Below are positions 1 through 9,593 of a DNA stretch of 36,167 nt, piece by piece. Below the pieces are notes generated by a model. The model saw nothing but the letters and a program-made list of their open reading frames with translations, was not told the DNA's origin and ran no database searches. The DNA lies in the IMG/VR virus record IMGVR_UViG_3300016484_000260, positions 1-36,167 of that record, one strand, 5' to 3'. Every line of letters starts with the position of its first letter. Position 1 is the first letter of the stretch. The position numbers were made by a program, and so were the translations under genes. This stretch comes from a virus. Taxonomy: Duplodnaviria > Caudoviricetes.

Positions 1-1764
1 GACACCGCTTGCGAGAATCAGGTGACGTATGGCGAGGGGTATCTGCGGCTGCTGACCGAGTATTGCTACGAAGACAGTTTCGATCAGGACATCAAAATCT
101 GCCGTATTCGTAACAGTTTTTCGGTATATATGGACCCGCTGATTCAAGACCCATGCGGATCTGATGCCGAATGGTGTTTTATTACCGAAGACATGATGAA
201 GGAAGATTACGAGCGGCAATATCCAAACGCTGCTCCGCTGTCGTCCATCATGGCTCAAGGGATTGGCGATCAGGACATTAGCCAGTGGATTACTGACGAT
301 ACAATTCGTATTGCCGAGTATTTCTACATTGACCATACGGATGATACGTTGTATTTGTATCCGGGCAATCAGTCCGTGTTCAAGGGTTCCCCGCAGGATA
401 ATCAGTTGCGGGCGATGGGACTGAATCCGATTCGGGAACGCCGCGTTGATCGCAAGCGCGTAATGTGGGCCAAGACAAACGGGTTTGAGATTCTGGAAGA
501 GCGCGAATGGGCCGGTAATTGGATTCCTGTGATCCGCGTAGTGGGCAACGAATTCCAGGTTGATGGGCGGATTTTTATCTCTGGCATTGTCAGAAACGCC
601 AAAGACGCCCAGCGGATGTATAACTACTGGACTTCGCAGGAAGCAGAAATGCTGGCCCTTGCACCGAAAGCGCCGTTTATCGGCTACGGCGGTCAATTTG
701 AAGGTTACGAATTCCAATGGAAGACTGCCAACACGCAAAACTGGCCGTATTTGGAGGTCAATCCTGACGTAACGGACGGTCAAGGAGCGGTTCTGCCGCT
801 TCCGCAACGTGCTGCCCCGCCAATGCCGCAAACTGGTCTGATTCAGGCCAAAATGGGGGCTTCTGAGGACATCAAAACGACTACCGGGCAGTATGACGCC
901 GCCCTCGGTATGGTGTCAAATGAACGATCTGGGAAAGCGATTCTGGCCCGCGAAAAGCAGGCCGACGTTGGCACATACCATTATGTCGATAACCTGGCCC
1001 GCGCCGTGCGTTATGTAACCCGCCAGTTGGTCGATTTGATCCCAAAGATCTACGACACGCAGCGGATTGCCCGCATTATCGGCGTTGATGGCGAGACGAA
1101 CATGGTCAAAATCGACCCGACGCAAGCCGAGCCAGTCAAAAAAATCGTTGATCAAGCGGGTATTGTCATTGAGAAGATCTACAACCCGTCCGTTGGACGC
1201 TACGATGTGGCGGTAACAACTGGCCCGAGCTACTTGACCAAGCGGCAAGAAGCAATGGATGCAATGTCGCAGATTCTGCAAGGGAATCCGCAGTTGTGGG
1301 CTGTTGCCGGCGATCTTTTTGTCAAGAATATGGATTGGCCTGGCGCGCAGGAGATGTCGCAGCGGCTTCGCAAGACGATTGACCCGAAACTTCTGGCTGA
1401 TCAGGATAACGATCCCGCATTGCAGGCCGCTCAGCAGCAGATCGAGGCGATGGGGCAGGAAATGCAGCAAATGCACCAGATGCTGATGAACGTCAATCAG
1501 TCGTTTGAGGCCAAGGACGTGCAGATCCGCGAGTTTGAATCGAAAATCAAGGCATTTGACGCTGAAACCAAGCGCATTTCTGCTACGATGGCCGGCATGA
1601 CGCTGGAGCAAATTCAGGATATCGTACTTGGAACCCTTGCCGCGGCGCATGACGCTGGCGATTTGATCCCGCCGCAAAAAATGGAAGAAGGCCCGGCGCA
1701 TGAATCTGCGGAGGCTCCCGCAGTAGAGATGCAAGAGCAACAAATGGAAGGAGAACCAGCGTGA
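1..1764 (+). CDS. P22-like portal protein (5'-truncated by window edge)
   Basis: Frame is open from position 1. Motifs GIVRNAKDAQRMYNYW, SGKAILAR, YDTQRIARIIG, GRYDVAVTTGPSYLTKRQE and a Gln-rich C-terminal coiled coil are typical of P22-type portals. Terminase lies at the opposite window end. Confidence 0.95.
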   Translation, partial: DTACENQVTYGEGYLRLLTEYCYEDSFDQDIKICRIRNSFSVYMDPLIQDPCGSDAEWCFITEDMMKEDYERQYPNAAPLSSIMAQGIGDQDISQWITDDTIRIAEYFYIDHTDDTLYLYPGNQSVFKGSPQDNQLRAMGLNPIRERRVDRKRVMWAKTNGFEILEEREWAGNWIPVIRVVGNEFQVDGRIFISGIVRNAKDAQRMYNYWTSQEAEMLALAPKAPFIGYGGQFEGYEFQWKTANTQNWPYLEVNPDVTDGQGAVLPLPQRAAPPMPQTGLIQAKMGASEDIKTTTGQYDAALGMVSNERSGKAILAREKQADVGTYHYVDNLARAVRYVTRQLVDLIPKIYDTQRIARIIGVDGETNMVKIDPTQAEPVKKIVDQAGIVIEKIYNPSVGRYDVAVTTGPSYLTKRQEAMDAMSQILQGNPQLWAVAGDLFVKNMDWPGAQEMSQRLRKTIDPKLLADQDNDPALQAAQQQIEAMGQEMQQMHQMLMNVNQSFEAKDVQIREFESKIKAFDAETKRISATMAGMTLEQIQDIVLGTLAAAHDAGDLIPPQKMEEGPAHESAEAPAVEMQEQQMEGEPA

Positions 1765-2123
1765 AGCCATCAGAATTCATAGGAATGATGTTTTTGGCCC
1801 GTGATGTGACCCATTCGGTTCATCTAAACACCAGAAGTTTTGCAAAACACATGGCTTTGGGATCGTTTTACGATGAAATCGTTGATCTGGCGGACAAGTT
1901 TGCCGAAGCGTACCAAGGAAAACACGGGCTTATTGGCCCGATTTCATTGATGAACGCAAGAAAAACTACGAATGTAGTAGAGTTCCTGCAAGACCAAATG
2001 GATGAGATCGAAAAAGTACGATACGATGTTTGCGAAAAAACAGAAACTGCACTGCAAAACATCATTGATGAAATTGTCGGGCTGTATCTCTCGACCCTAT
2101 ACAAGCTGAAATTTCTCGCATAA
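1761..2123 (+). CDS. Dps/ferritin-like four-helix protein (DUF5856-like)
   Basis: HSVHLNTRSFAKHMALGSFYDEIVDLADKFAEAYQG resembles the Dps ferroxidase His/Asp/Glu pattern. GTGA overlap with the portal stop. Confidence 0.7.
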   Translation: MKPSEFIGMMFLARDVTHSVHLNTRSFAKHMALGSFYDEIVDLADKFAEAYQGKHGLIGPISLMNARKTTNVVEFLQDQMDEIEKVRYDVCEKTETALQNIIDEIVGLYLSTLYKLKFLA

Positions 2124-2132
2124 GGAACTATC

Positions 2133-2531
2133 GTGGCCGCATACAATAAATTCACCCCCGCGATTGAGAACCTATTTGAGAACATCAATTCCGGCTCTGA
2201 CTCGTGGGTTATCAAGCTGGCTACGGCTGTGGATCAAGCAGCAGGCACGATCACCGAAGTTTCCAACGGTAACGGCTACACCACGGGCGGAAAAGCCACT
2301 ACGATCACGAGTTCAACGCAGACAGCAGGCACATATAAACTGGTGCTGACCAGCCCATCGGCATGGACGGCCAGCGGTGCTGGTTTTACGTTCCGCTACG
2401 CAGTGCTGACGGATTCAACTACAAGCACCAACGTGGGGTACTGGGATTATGGCTCATCGCAAGTGGTGGCTGTTGGTGAGACTGTCACCGTGACCCTGGA
2501 TGGCACTAACGGCGTGTTTCAAGCGACCTGA
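2133..2531 (+). CDS. putative virion structural protein (beta-rich, Thr/Gly-rich)
   Basis: RBS TAAGGA; composition and position in the morphogenesis operon. Confidence 0.6.
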   Translation: MAAYNKFTPAIENLFENINSGSDSWVIKLATAVDQAAGTITEVSNGNGYTTGGKATTITSSTQTAGTYKLVLTSPSAWTASGAGFTFRYAVLTDSTTSTNVGYWDYGSSQVVAVGETVTVTLDGTNGVFQAT

Positions 2532-2533
2532 TC

Positions 2534-4492
2534 ATGGCTATTGTTCTTGCTGACCGTGTAAAAGAAACCACCAACACCACCGGCACCGGAACGCTGACGC
2601 TGGCCGGTGCATCGAGTGGGTATCAGTCATTCGCCGCGATTGGCGATGGCAACGAGACGTTTTACTGCATCGTCAGCGGGACAGACTGGGAAGTAGGCCA
2701 GGGCACCTACACCGCCAGCGGGACGACGTTTTCACGTGACACCGTATTCGCGTCATCTGCTTCGGGGGCGAAGATCACCGTTGCCGCAGGGGCAGAAGTG
2801 TTCGTCACTTACCCAAGCGATACGGCAATCACCAACCGGCATATTCACACGGATCAGATTTTCTCTGGCGACCAACCCGACGGGATCGTAATCGACTACA
2901 ACCACCCGTTCGCCCGCATATCTGTGGAAACCGGCGACGGTATTCAGATGTACACCGGCGGCGTGGCGAACTCGCTGATTGCCGAGTTTGAATCCAACGG
3001 CAACACGACCCTCACTGGCGTTCTTGCCTGTGGCGTGGGAAATCAGATCGGCGGGGCAACCAACCCGCAGATTGCTGCTTCTGGATCGGCAAACAACTAC
3101 GTCCAGTTGTACGTCCATAACGACAACAACCAGACCAGCGCATCGGCTGACCTGATTGCCTATCCCGACAACGGCACCGATCTGCACGGCTACGTCGATT
3201 TGGGCTGCAACTCCAGCACGTTCAGCGATGCCAGCTACAGCGTCACCGGCCCGAACGAATCCTACCTGCTGGCTTCTGCCCCTTCCGGGTCTGGGAATAC
3301 CGGCAACATGGTGTATGTCACAGACTCCACCGGCACGGATAACGCGCATCAATGGTACGTCGGCGGCTTCGCTCAGGCCAAGTCGGCATACAAGATGCAG
3401 CTCACCTCGTCCGGGCTTGAGCTGAAGACGGCACTGCTCCCGAATGGATCAGCAGGCACGACCAGCCAACTTCTTGCTTCTGCTGGTACAGGGGCCATCC
3501 CGACATGGACGGATATCAAGACGGTCAATGGTACGTCGTTGATCGGATCGGGCAACGTCACGGTTTCCGCCAGTGCTGCCGGATCGAGTGGAGACATTCA
3601 GTACAACAGCGCCGGATCACTGGCCGGGGCGACCTACACGGAAATTGAAAACGGTTACCTGCGATTGGCCGATTCTGGATCAACTCCTGCAACTCCTGCG
3701 GCCAGTGGCCTTGACCTGTTTTCCCGCAACCGGGGCGGGCGAATGCTTCCAGCGTGGATCGGCCCCTCCGGGCTGGACACCACGGTACAACCTGCGCTGT
3801 TCGGCAACACAACTTATATGTGGCTTCCCGGCACCGGCACGACGTTGTCAATCAACTGGGGATGCTCATTCACGGCCAGAAACTCAGGCACAGGCGCAGC
3901 GCAAGCTACGCCAACAAAAGCGTCTACCAACGCCATGTCCTCGATTAACCGCGCCACGTTTGGCACGGGAACGACTGCCACGGGGGCTTCTGGGGTTCAA
4001 TCGGCCTCAACGGTCGCATGGCGGGGCAACGCAGCAGGATTGGGTGGCTTTTATTTCTTTTCCCGCTTCGGTATCGAAACGCTGGCGGCTGACATGCGGG
4101 CCTTCGTTGGCTTGTCTGCCAACAACGCGGCGATGGCAGCAGACGCATCGACATGGGCAAACACGATTGGCATTGAAAAAGGCACTGCCGATTCCGTCTG
4201 GTATGTCGTTGAGCGAAACGCAACAACGGTGACCCGTACATCAACGGGTGCCACGGTAACCGCAGGGCAGATTCTTGATGTGTGGATGTACGCTCCTCCA
4301 AACGGATCAACGGTAACAGTTCGTTTGGCGGATGCTGTCGCGGGAACCGTGTACGTTAACAACGTCGTGTTCAATACAACAATTCCGGCAGCAACTGCGT
4401 TCCTCTACATGCAGGCGCACTGCCAGTCTGTAACTGGCACCACGGCGAAACTGCTGGCCCTCAACCGGATGTATTGTGAAAACGATCTTTAG
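2534..4492 (+). CDS. tail/head fibre-like protein
   Basis: 652 aa, Gly/Ser/Thr/Ala-rich. N-terminal ADRVKETTNTTGTGTLTL module; fibre junction motifs DIKTVNGTSLIGSGNV and AGSSGDIQYNSAGSLAG. Confidence 0.75.
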   Translation: MAIVLADRVKETTNTTGTGTLTLAGASSGYQSFAAIGDGNETFYCIVSGTDWEVGQGTYTASGTTFSRDTVFASSASGAKITVAAGAEVFVTYPSDTAITNRHIHTDQIFSGDQPDGIVIDYNHPFARISVETGDGIQMYTGGVANSLIAEFESNGNTTLTGVLACGVGNQIGGATNPQIAASGSANNYVQLYVHNDNNQTSASADLIAYPDNGTDLHGYVDLGCNSSTFSDASYSVTGPNESYLLASAPSGSGNTGNMVYVTDSTGTDNAHQWYVGGFAQAKSAYKMQLTSSGLELKTALLPNGSAGTTSQLLASAGTGAIPTWTDIKTVNGTSLIGSGNVTVSASAAGSSGDIQYNSAGSLAGATYTEIENGYLRLADSGSTPATPAASGLDLFSRNRGGRMLPAWIGPSGLDTTVQPALFGNTTYMWLPGTGTTLSINWGCSFTARNSGTGAAQATPTKASTNAMSSINRATFGTGTTATGASGVQSASTVAWRGNAAGLGGFYFFSRFGIETLAADMRAFVGLSANNAAMAADASTWANTIGIEKGTADSVWYVVERNATTVTRTSTGATVTAGQILDVWMYAPPNGSTVTVRLADAVAGTVYVNNVVFNTTIPAATAFLYMQAHCQSVTGTTAKLLALNRMYCENDL

Positions 4493-4494
4493 CC

Positions 4495-5064
4495 ATGAAC
4501 ACACAAATTAAAGCGCAGGCGGATACTCTCGCTGAGAAACGAGCAAAGCGTGCGGCATACATGCGGGAATATCACCGCAGGAAAGCTGCGGAAGACCCTA
4601 GCTATAAGGAGAGGCTGCACACAGTAGCGGGTCGCTGGGCGTTGAATAACCCAGTAAAAGCAAAAGAGGTTAAGCGCAAGTCTGCCGCGAAAAACAAGGA
4701 AAAAATTCGTCAGAGAATTTCTGCGTACAAGGCTGCGAATCCGGAAAAAGACCGTCAGTCAAAGCGTAAATACATCAAAAATAACCCTCATAAGGCACTG
4801 GCAAATTGCCGCAAACGACAAGCATCAAAGATTACGGCAACACCGTTTTGGGCTAATCTGTTCTTCATTGAGGAGGCATATCACTTGTCTAGTGTTCGAT
4901 CTAAAGCTACTGGATTTAAGTGGGAAGTCGATCATATTGTTCCGCTGCGTTCCAAGTTGGTGTGCGGGCTGCATGTTGAGCACAACTTGGCGGTCGTCCC
5001 GCAAAAGATTAATCGAACAAAAGGCAATCGCTGGTGGCCAGACATGCCCGGAGAAAGTCTATGA
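4495..5064 (+). CDS. HNH endonuclease (probable free-standing homing endonuclease)
   Basis: EVDHIVPL...VCGLHVEHNL...INRTKGN HNH motif after a basic, repetitive N-terminus. Confidence 0.9.
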   Translation: MNTQIKAQADTLAEKRAKRAAYMREYHRRKAAEDPSYKERLHTVAGRWALNNPVKAKEVKRKSAAKNKEKIRQRISAYKAANPEKDRQSKRKYIKNNPHKALANCRKRQASKITATPFWANLFFIEEAYHLSSVRSKATGFKWEVDHIVPLRSKLVCGLHVEHNLAVVPQKINRTKGNRWWPDMPGESL

Positions 5065-5198
5065 CCTTTGACGTACTCCAAGACGCCAACGGCACCCTCC
5101 AGCTAATCCCGCACGGCGACCCCGTGCCGGAGGGCTGGACGGTGGTTGCTGAAACGTCCGACGTGGATTATCTAGCCTACATGGCTTCCCTGGGGTAA
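5061..5198 (+). CDS. small hypothetical protein, 45 aa (MTFDVLQDANGTLQLIPHGDPVPEGWTVVAETSDVDYLAYMASLG)
   Basis: Read by hand; ATGA overlap with the HNH stop; fills the gap to the next gene; below the ORF-track size cutoff. Confidence 0.65.
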   Translation: MTFDVLQDANGTLQLIPHGDPVPEGWTVVAETSDVDYLAYMASLG

Positions 5199-5201
5199 GC
5201 G

Positions 5202-5606
5202 ATGCTCGGCATAGCGCCGTTTTCCTCATTACCGTTTAGTTCCCTGCCGCCAACATCGGGGCCGACGAATTACGCCATTTCCGGTAATTCTGGTTCATAT
5301 ACGGTCACCGGTCAGTCGGCCTCGATTGCCAAAAGCAAAGTTCTGAATGCTGCTGCCGGATCATATTTAACTACTGGGCAATCGGCTGGACTTTTTTTTG
5401 GCAGATTGCTAATTGGGGCGCATGGGGTATATACTCTAGTTGGAGAAGATGCTTCTTTTAGTAAAAGCAGACTTATCAATGCCCAATTTGGGCAGTATGA
5501 TGTAACAGGTCAAAACGCGGCAATTACAATGGGCGGCGGCCCAGTTGTAGTAATAGAGCAGTTGTATATTGATTTAAGATCGTTCACAGAACGAAGGAGA
5601 TTTTGA
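5202..5606 (+). CDS. hypothetical virion-associated protein
   Basis: MLGIAPFSSLPFSSL N-terminus and repeated GSYxxTGQxA beta motifs; operon position. Confidence 0.6.
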   Translation: MLGIAPFSSLPFSSLPPTSGPTNYAISGNSGSYTVTGQSASIAKSKVLNAAAGSYLTTGQSAGLFFGRLLIGAHGVYTLVGEDASFSKSRLINAQFGQYDVTGQNAAITMGGGPVVVIEQLYIDLRSFTERRRF

Positions 5607-5911
5607 TGGCAATCAACCTCAAGGCAATCACTTCTGTAATGGGGTATCAGCAGATTACCAGCTTGAGTTCTGCGACCAAGCTGACTGTTCCCCAGAAAGA
5701 CATTTCAGGTCTGGCAGGAACCCCTCGCATTGCAATCATTACACCCGAGACGCAAGCTGTTCGCTGGCGTGATGATGGCACCGCCCCAACCGCTTCTGTC
5801 GGTATGCCGCTGGCTGCCGGCGTCACGCTTCAGTATGACGGCGATCTGTCGCAGATCCAGTTCATTGAGCAAACCAGCGGCGCTAAACTGAACATTACCT
5901 ACTACTCTTGA
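5606..5911 (+). CDS. hypothetical structural protein
   Basis: RBS AAGGAGA, TGATG overlap; VRWRDDGTAPTASVGMPL motif of small phage beta-proteins. Confidence 0.65.
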   Translation: MAINLKAITSVMGYQQITSLSSATKLTVPQKDISGLAGTPRIAIITPETQAVRWRDDGTAPTASVGMPLAAGVTLQYDGDLSQIQFIEQTSGAKLNITYYS

Positions 5912-5918
5912 GGTCGCC

Positions 5919-6407
5919 ATGAATATTTCAAACGACTCGCCCGCCGTGAATTACGTCGATTATTTCACCAAGCAGTTCCCGCAAGACCTGGCCCAAATGG
6001 CTGCGTTGCGTGACGAACTGGCTGTTCGCCAAGGCGCTCTGTCGGCGGCTGAAAATGCAGTCAAGGATCGTGATGCGGCCAAACAAGAACTGGATTCAGC
6101 CAAGGCAGAAGCCAAGGCCATCAAGGAAGATGCCAAGGCTGACCGCGCTGTTGCCAAGCAGGAACTGGCTGACGCCAAAGCCAAGGCTAAGGTTGTGGAC
6201 GACAAAGCTAAAGCCGCTGCCGATGCGTTGGCTGCCCGCGAAAAATCCGTTGCCGACCGTGAAAAGCAGGTTGCTGAGCGCGAAGCAACGCAGGCCAATC
6301 TGCAAGCCGAATACGCCAAGGCCAAGTCCGATCTGGACGCGCAGGTTGCGGCCCATGAATCAAGAGTTAAAGCGTTTCAGGAAAAAGTTGCAGCTCTTAA
6401 GGCGTAA
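5919..6407 (+). CDS. coiled-coil protein (Ala/Lys/Glu-rich)
   Basis: RBS GAGG; heptad-like helical composition. Confidence 0.7.
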   Translation: MNISNDSPAVNYVDYFTKQFPQDLAQMAALRDELAVRQGALSAAENAVKDRDAAKQELDSAKAEAKAIKEDAKADRAVAKQELADAKAKAKVVDDKAKAAADALAAREKSVADREKQVAEREATQANLQAEYAKAKSDLDAQVAAHESRVKAFQEKVAALKA

Positions 6408-6424
6408 TTTATTTGGAGTAAATA

Positions 6425-8473
6425 ATGGCCGTATTCCTTTCCCCCGTTGGTGGTGTAGCAGCTCAGTTTTTTGATAACAGCGGCTATCCGCTGACAGGCG
6501 GAAAGCTGTACGCCTATGCTGCGGGCACAACCACGCCCACAACGACCTACACCAGCTCCAATGGAGCTATTGCCCACAGTAATCCTATCGTGCTTGACGC
6601 TGCCGGCCGCGTCCCCAACGGCGGTGAGATTTGGTTGACGGACGGCATCATCTACAAGTTCGTGCTGAAGACCAGCACCGACACGCTGATCGCCACCTAC
6701 GACAACATTACGGGAATCAACAACGCGGATGCGTCGCAAGTGTATTTTATCCAATCCGGCACTGGAGCAGTAGCCACCAACGTCCAGACCAAGCTGCGTG
6801 AATTCGTGAGCGTGAAGGACTTTGGTGCGGTTGGCGATGAAGTGACGGACGATACGAGCGCAATCAACGCAGCTCTATCTGCAATTTATTCTACCAGTAA
6901 GGCTTTGTTCTTTCCTTCCGGGGTCTATATATATGACGGTGGCGGTAGTCTTGGCAATGGTAACGTCTTGTATGGCGAAGGGCGCAACTCGACTTTCATT
7001 AAGTCTCGACTAGCTTCTCCGACATCTGGTTATTTGATCCGCGCATATGGGTATGGTTCTGGTATTCGTGGGGTTGCATTTTACGCAAACGTAACACAGA
7101 CAGCAGGTAGTTATGTTTTTCTGCAAGGTCCTGAAACTTTCATCGAAGACTTCTACATGACCGGAGATTACAACGGAATCTTGATGACTGGGAACGTCAG
7201 CCGAATCCGTCATGGTCGGTTCCAAGATGGTGCGTCTGGAGCGATCCGCATTAAAGCCGAGGGTGGTGATAATAGTCAGATCATAGATGATGTGTTGATG
7301 GGCGCTCAAACACCACAGGTTTCTTCTGCCGGTATCCGTGTGAGAAATTCGTCAGCACTCATTATTAGCAATACATCAGTTATACAGCAGGGTCACGCGC
7401 TTCTCATTGATCCAACCACAGCAACCCAAAGCTCAAACACAGCAGATGGCAATGTGTTTAGCCTGTACTCAAACAACTGCTTCTTTGACAATTCTAGTGG
7501 CAGCGGACTGCATATTACTCCAACAGGTACAGGTTCTGTTGTTCGTTGTCGGTTTGCTAACTGTTGGTTTGGATCGTCAACAGGTGATGGTGTTTATATC
7601 AACAATACTGGCAGTAGTTTGCTTGAGGGTATTCACTTTGATTCCTGTCACTTTGCCTTGAGTGGTGGGTCTGGTCTGACGACTGGTGGGACTGTCTCCG
7701 ATATTGAGATTGTCGGAGGCTGGATGTCCCAAAACAACTACGGTGCTTACTTTGGAGGGTCTACTTCTAAGATTACTGTAACAGGGTGCACTATCGGAGC
7801 AGGTGCTGGACTGAACGGAAACACGCTGTGGGGAATTGTTCTCAGCGCTGGGTCTGACAACATTCTAATTGCCAACAATCAGATGCAAGGGAATGGTTCT
7901 GGTGCAATCTCTGACTCAAGTACCGGCACAAACAAAGCTATATTCAACAACACAGGTAGCACGATTCAAAAGGTGAACGGTGGCATGGATATTAGCTCAT
8001 CGACTGGTGGGCAAATTAAATTTCCTGCAACCCAAAACCCATCTTCCGACGCAAATACGCTTGATGATTACGAAGAAGGAACTTGGACTCCAACAGTTAC
8101 TTTTGTAACGCCTGGAGATTTAAATGTGTCTTACGTATCAAATACCGGAACTTACACAAAAATTGGACGAGTTGTAATACTCAGTTTTCAAATTGTAACC
8201 AGTAGTTTTACTTGGACAACAGCAAGCGGGAACCTAATTATTTCTGGTACTCCTTTTGCCTGTCCAGCCGGTTTTGATCAGCCAGGTTCATCTTGGGTAA
8301 TGGGGATAACAAAAACAAACTATACACAATATTCACCTATTGTAAATCAAGGAACATCAAATATTCTTATTCGTGCGTCTGGTAGTGGTCAAACAGCATC
8401 GACCGTTACTGCATCTGATATGCCGTCCGGTGGAACTGTCCAAATTCGCGGAACAATCACTTACTTTGTCTAA
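6425..8473 (+). CDS. tailspike / depolymerase with virion-binding N-terminus and pectate-lyase-like beta-helix
   Basis: N-terminal PLTGGKLYAYAAGTTTP...NPIVLDAAGR attachment domain; VSVKDFGAVGDEVTDDTSAINAA beta-helix start; C-terminal ANTLDDYEEGTWTP and GTYTKIGRVV motifs. Confidence 0.9.
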   Translation: MAVFLSPVGGVAAQFFDNSGYPLTGGKLYAYAAGTTTPTTTYTSSNGAIAHSNPIVLDAAGRVPNGGEIWLTDGIIYKFVLKTSTDTLIATYDNITGINNADASQVYFIQSGTGAVATNVQTKLREFVSVKDFGAVGDEVTDDTSAINAALSAIYSTSKALFFPSGVYIYDGGGSLGNGNVLYGEGRNSTFIKSRLASPTSGYLIRAYGYGSGIRGVAFYANVTQTAGSYVFLQGPETFIEDFYMTGDYNGILMTGNVSRIRHGRFQDGASGAIRIKAEGGDNSQIIDDVLMGAQTPQVSSAGIRVRNSSALIISNTSVIQQGHALLIDPTTATQSSNTADGNVFSLYSNNCFFDNSSGSGLHITPTGTGSVVRCRFANCWFGSSTGDGVYINNTGSSLLEGIHFDSCHFALSGGSGLTTGGTVSDIEIVGGWMSQNNYGAYFGGSTSKITVTGCTIGAGAGLNGNTLWGIVLSAGSDNILIANNQMQGNGSGAISDSSTGTNKAIFNNTGSTIQKVNGGMDISSSTGGQIKFPATQNPSSDANTLDDYEEGTWTPTVTFVTPGDLNVSYVSNTGTYTKIGRVVILSFQIVTSSFTWTTASGNLIISGTPFACPAGFDQPGSSWVMGITKTNYTQYSPIVNQGTSNILIRASGSGQTASTVTASDMPSGGTVQIRGTITYFV

Positions 8474-8570
8474 GGATAAATCATACTATGAGCAAACAGA
8501 GGCACTGATTATGTGGCGTTACCAAACAGGTTTCTGTAGGCAATTTCTCAGTGATTAAGGCGGTGATAGC

Positions 8571-8699
8571 ATGAAGACTCTTGTTGAATATTTTGTTGAT
8601 GGTACTGAAGTGGATTTTTATCGAATGTTATCGCTCGGTTTGATTAAGTCATTAGACGGTGGATATGCTTTGACCGAGTATGGCAAAAGTTTTCTTTGA
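8571..8699 (+). CDS. small hypothetical protein, 42 aa (MKTLVEYFVDGTEVDFYRMLSLGLIKSLDGGYALTEYGKSFL)
   Basis: Read by hand; upstream AAGGCGGTG; C-terminus resembles a winged-helix wing (GLI...Y.LTE.G..FL). Confidence 0.45.
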   Translation: MKTLVEYFVDGTEVDFYRMLSLGLIKSLDGGYALTEYGKSFL

Positions 8700-8701
8700 T
8701 C

Positions 8702-8729
8702 TTGACGTTACGCAATTCAAGTGTAAGAT
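8702..8729 (+). promoter_or_regulatory. sigma70-like promoter for scaffold/capsid genes
   Basis: TTGACG (8702-8707), 16 bp spacer, TAAGAT (8724-8729), ~50 bp upstream of the scaffold ATG. Confidence 0.5.
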
Positions 8730-8780
8730 TTGACAAACCGTACTGGTGCGGCACATCAGGAACTCTAGCGAGTTAAACAA

Positions 8781-9575
8781 ATGACTGAAGAAGTCCAAAA
8801 CTTAGCGGAAGTTGAAACCGCGCAAGCCCCCGAGGTGACGGCCACCACGGATCAGGCACAAACTGCGCCGGAAGTCGTTGATCAGCAGCAGACAGACCAG
8901 CCAGTAGAGGAAAAGAAATACTCTCAAGCTGAAATTGATGCAATGATCAGCAAACGCCTTGCAAGAGAGCAACGCAAGTGGGAACGGGAACAGAAGCTGC
9001 GAGCGTCACAAGCCCCCGCATCGCTAACGCCACCGTCGCAAGATCAGTTTGAATCGCCAGAAGCCTATGCCGAAGCATTGGCAGAGCAAAAGGCAGAACA
9101 ACTGGTTGCGAAACGGGAGGCGCAAAAGCAACAGGCTGAAGTTCTTGAAAACTACCATGAGCGCGAAGAAGAAGCGCGGAACAAGTACGAAGACTTTGAA
9201 CAAGTCGCCTACAACCCGCGACTTCCAATCACGCAAGTGATGGCCGAAACGATCCAAGCCTCAGACGTTGGCCCTGAAGTAGCTTATTATCTCGGGTCTA
9301 ACCCAAAGGAAGCCGATCGCATTTCCCGCATGTCGCCCTTCATGCAGGCAAAGGAAATCGGGAAGATCGAGGCCAAACTGGCTGATAATCCTCCGGTAAA
9401 AAAATCGTCGAGTGCCCCAGCACCGATTGCGCCAGTCACCGCTAGAGGTGGCAACGCACGTTCTCTGGACACCACCGATCCGCGCTCCATCAAGGAGATG
9501 TCAACGTCGGAGTGGATTGAGGCCGAGCGCCAACGGCAAATTCGGAAATGGGAAGCTCAACATAAACTTCGCTAA
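8781..9575 (+). CDS. capsid scaffolding protein
   Basis: Acidic/Gln-rich, helical; GPEVAYYLGSNPKEADRI...EIGKIEAKL motif; directly precedes the coat gene. Confidence 0.88.
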   Translation: MTEEVQNLAEVETAQAPEVTATTDQAQTAPEVVDQQQTDQPVEEKKYSQAEIDAMISKRLAREQRKWEREQKLRASQAPASLTPPSQDQFESPEAYAEALAEQKAEQLVAKREAQKQQAEVLENYHEREEEARNKYEDFEQVAYNPRLPITQVMAETIQASDVGPEVAYYLGSNPKEADRISRMSPFMQAKEIGKIEAKLADNPPVKKSSSAPAPIAPVTARGGNARSLDTTDPRSIKEMSTSEWIEAERQRQIRKWEAQHKLR

Positions 9576-9593
9576 TTTTTGAAAGGAAATAAC

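Noticed and set aside
916-1770. 284-aa minus-strand ORF, and similar long antisense ORFs at 9501-10235, 12864-13721, 10835-11446
   Set aside because: Shadow ORFs opposite well-supported genes with biased codon usage; no motifs.
4495-5064. Group I intron around the HNH gene
   Set aside because: Flanking genes are complete and abut the HNH ORF, leaving no room for a ribozyme core.
2534-8473. Diversity-generating retroelement acting on the fibres
   Set aside because: No reverse transcriptase ORF, and no template/variable repeat pair noticed.
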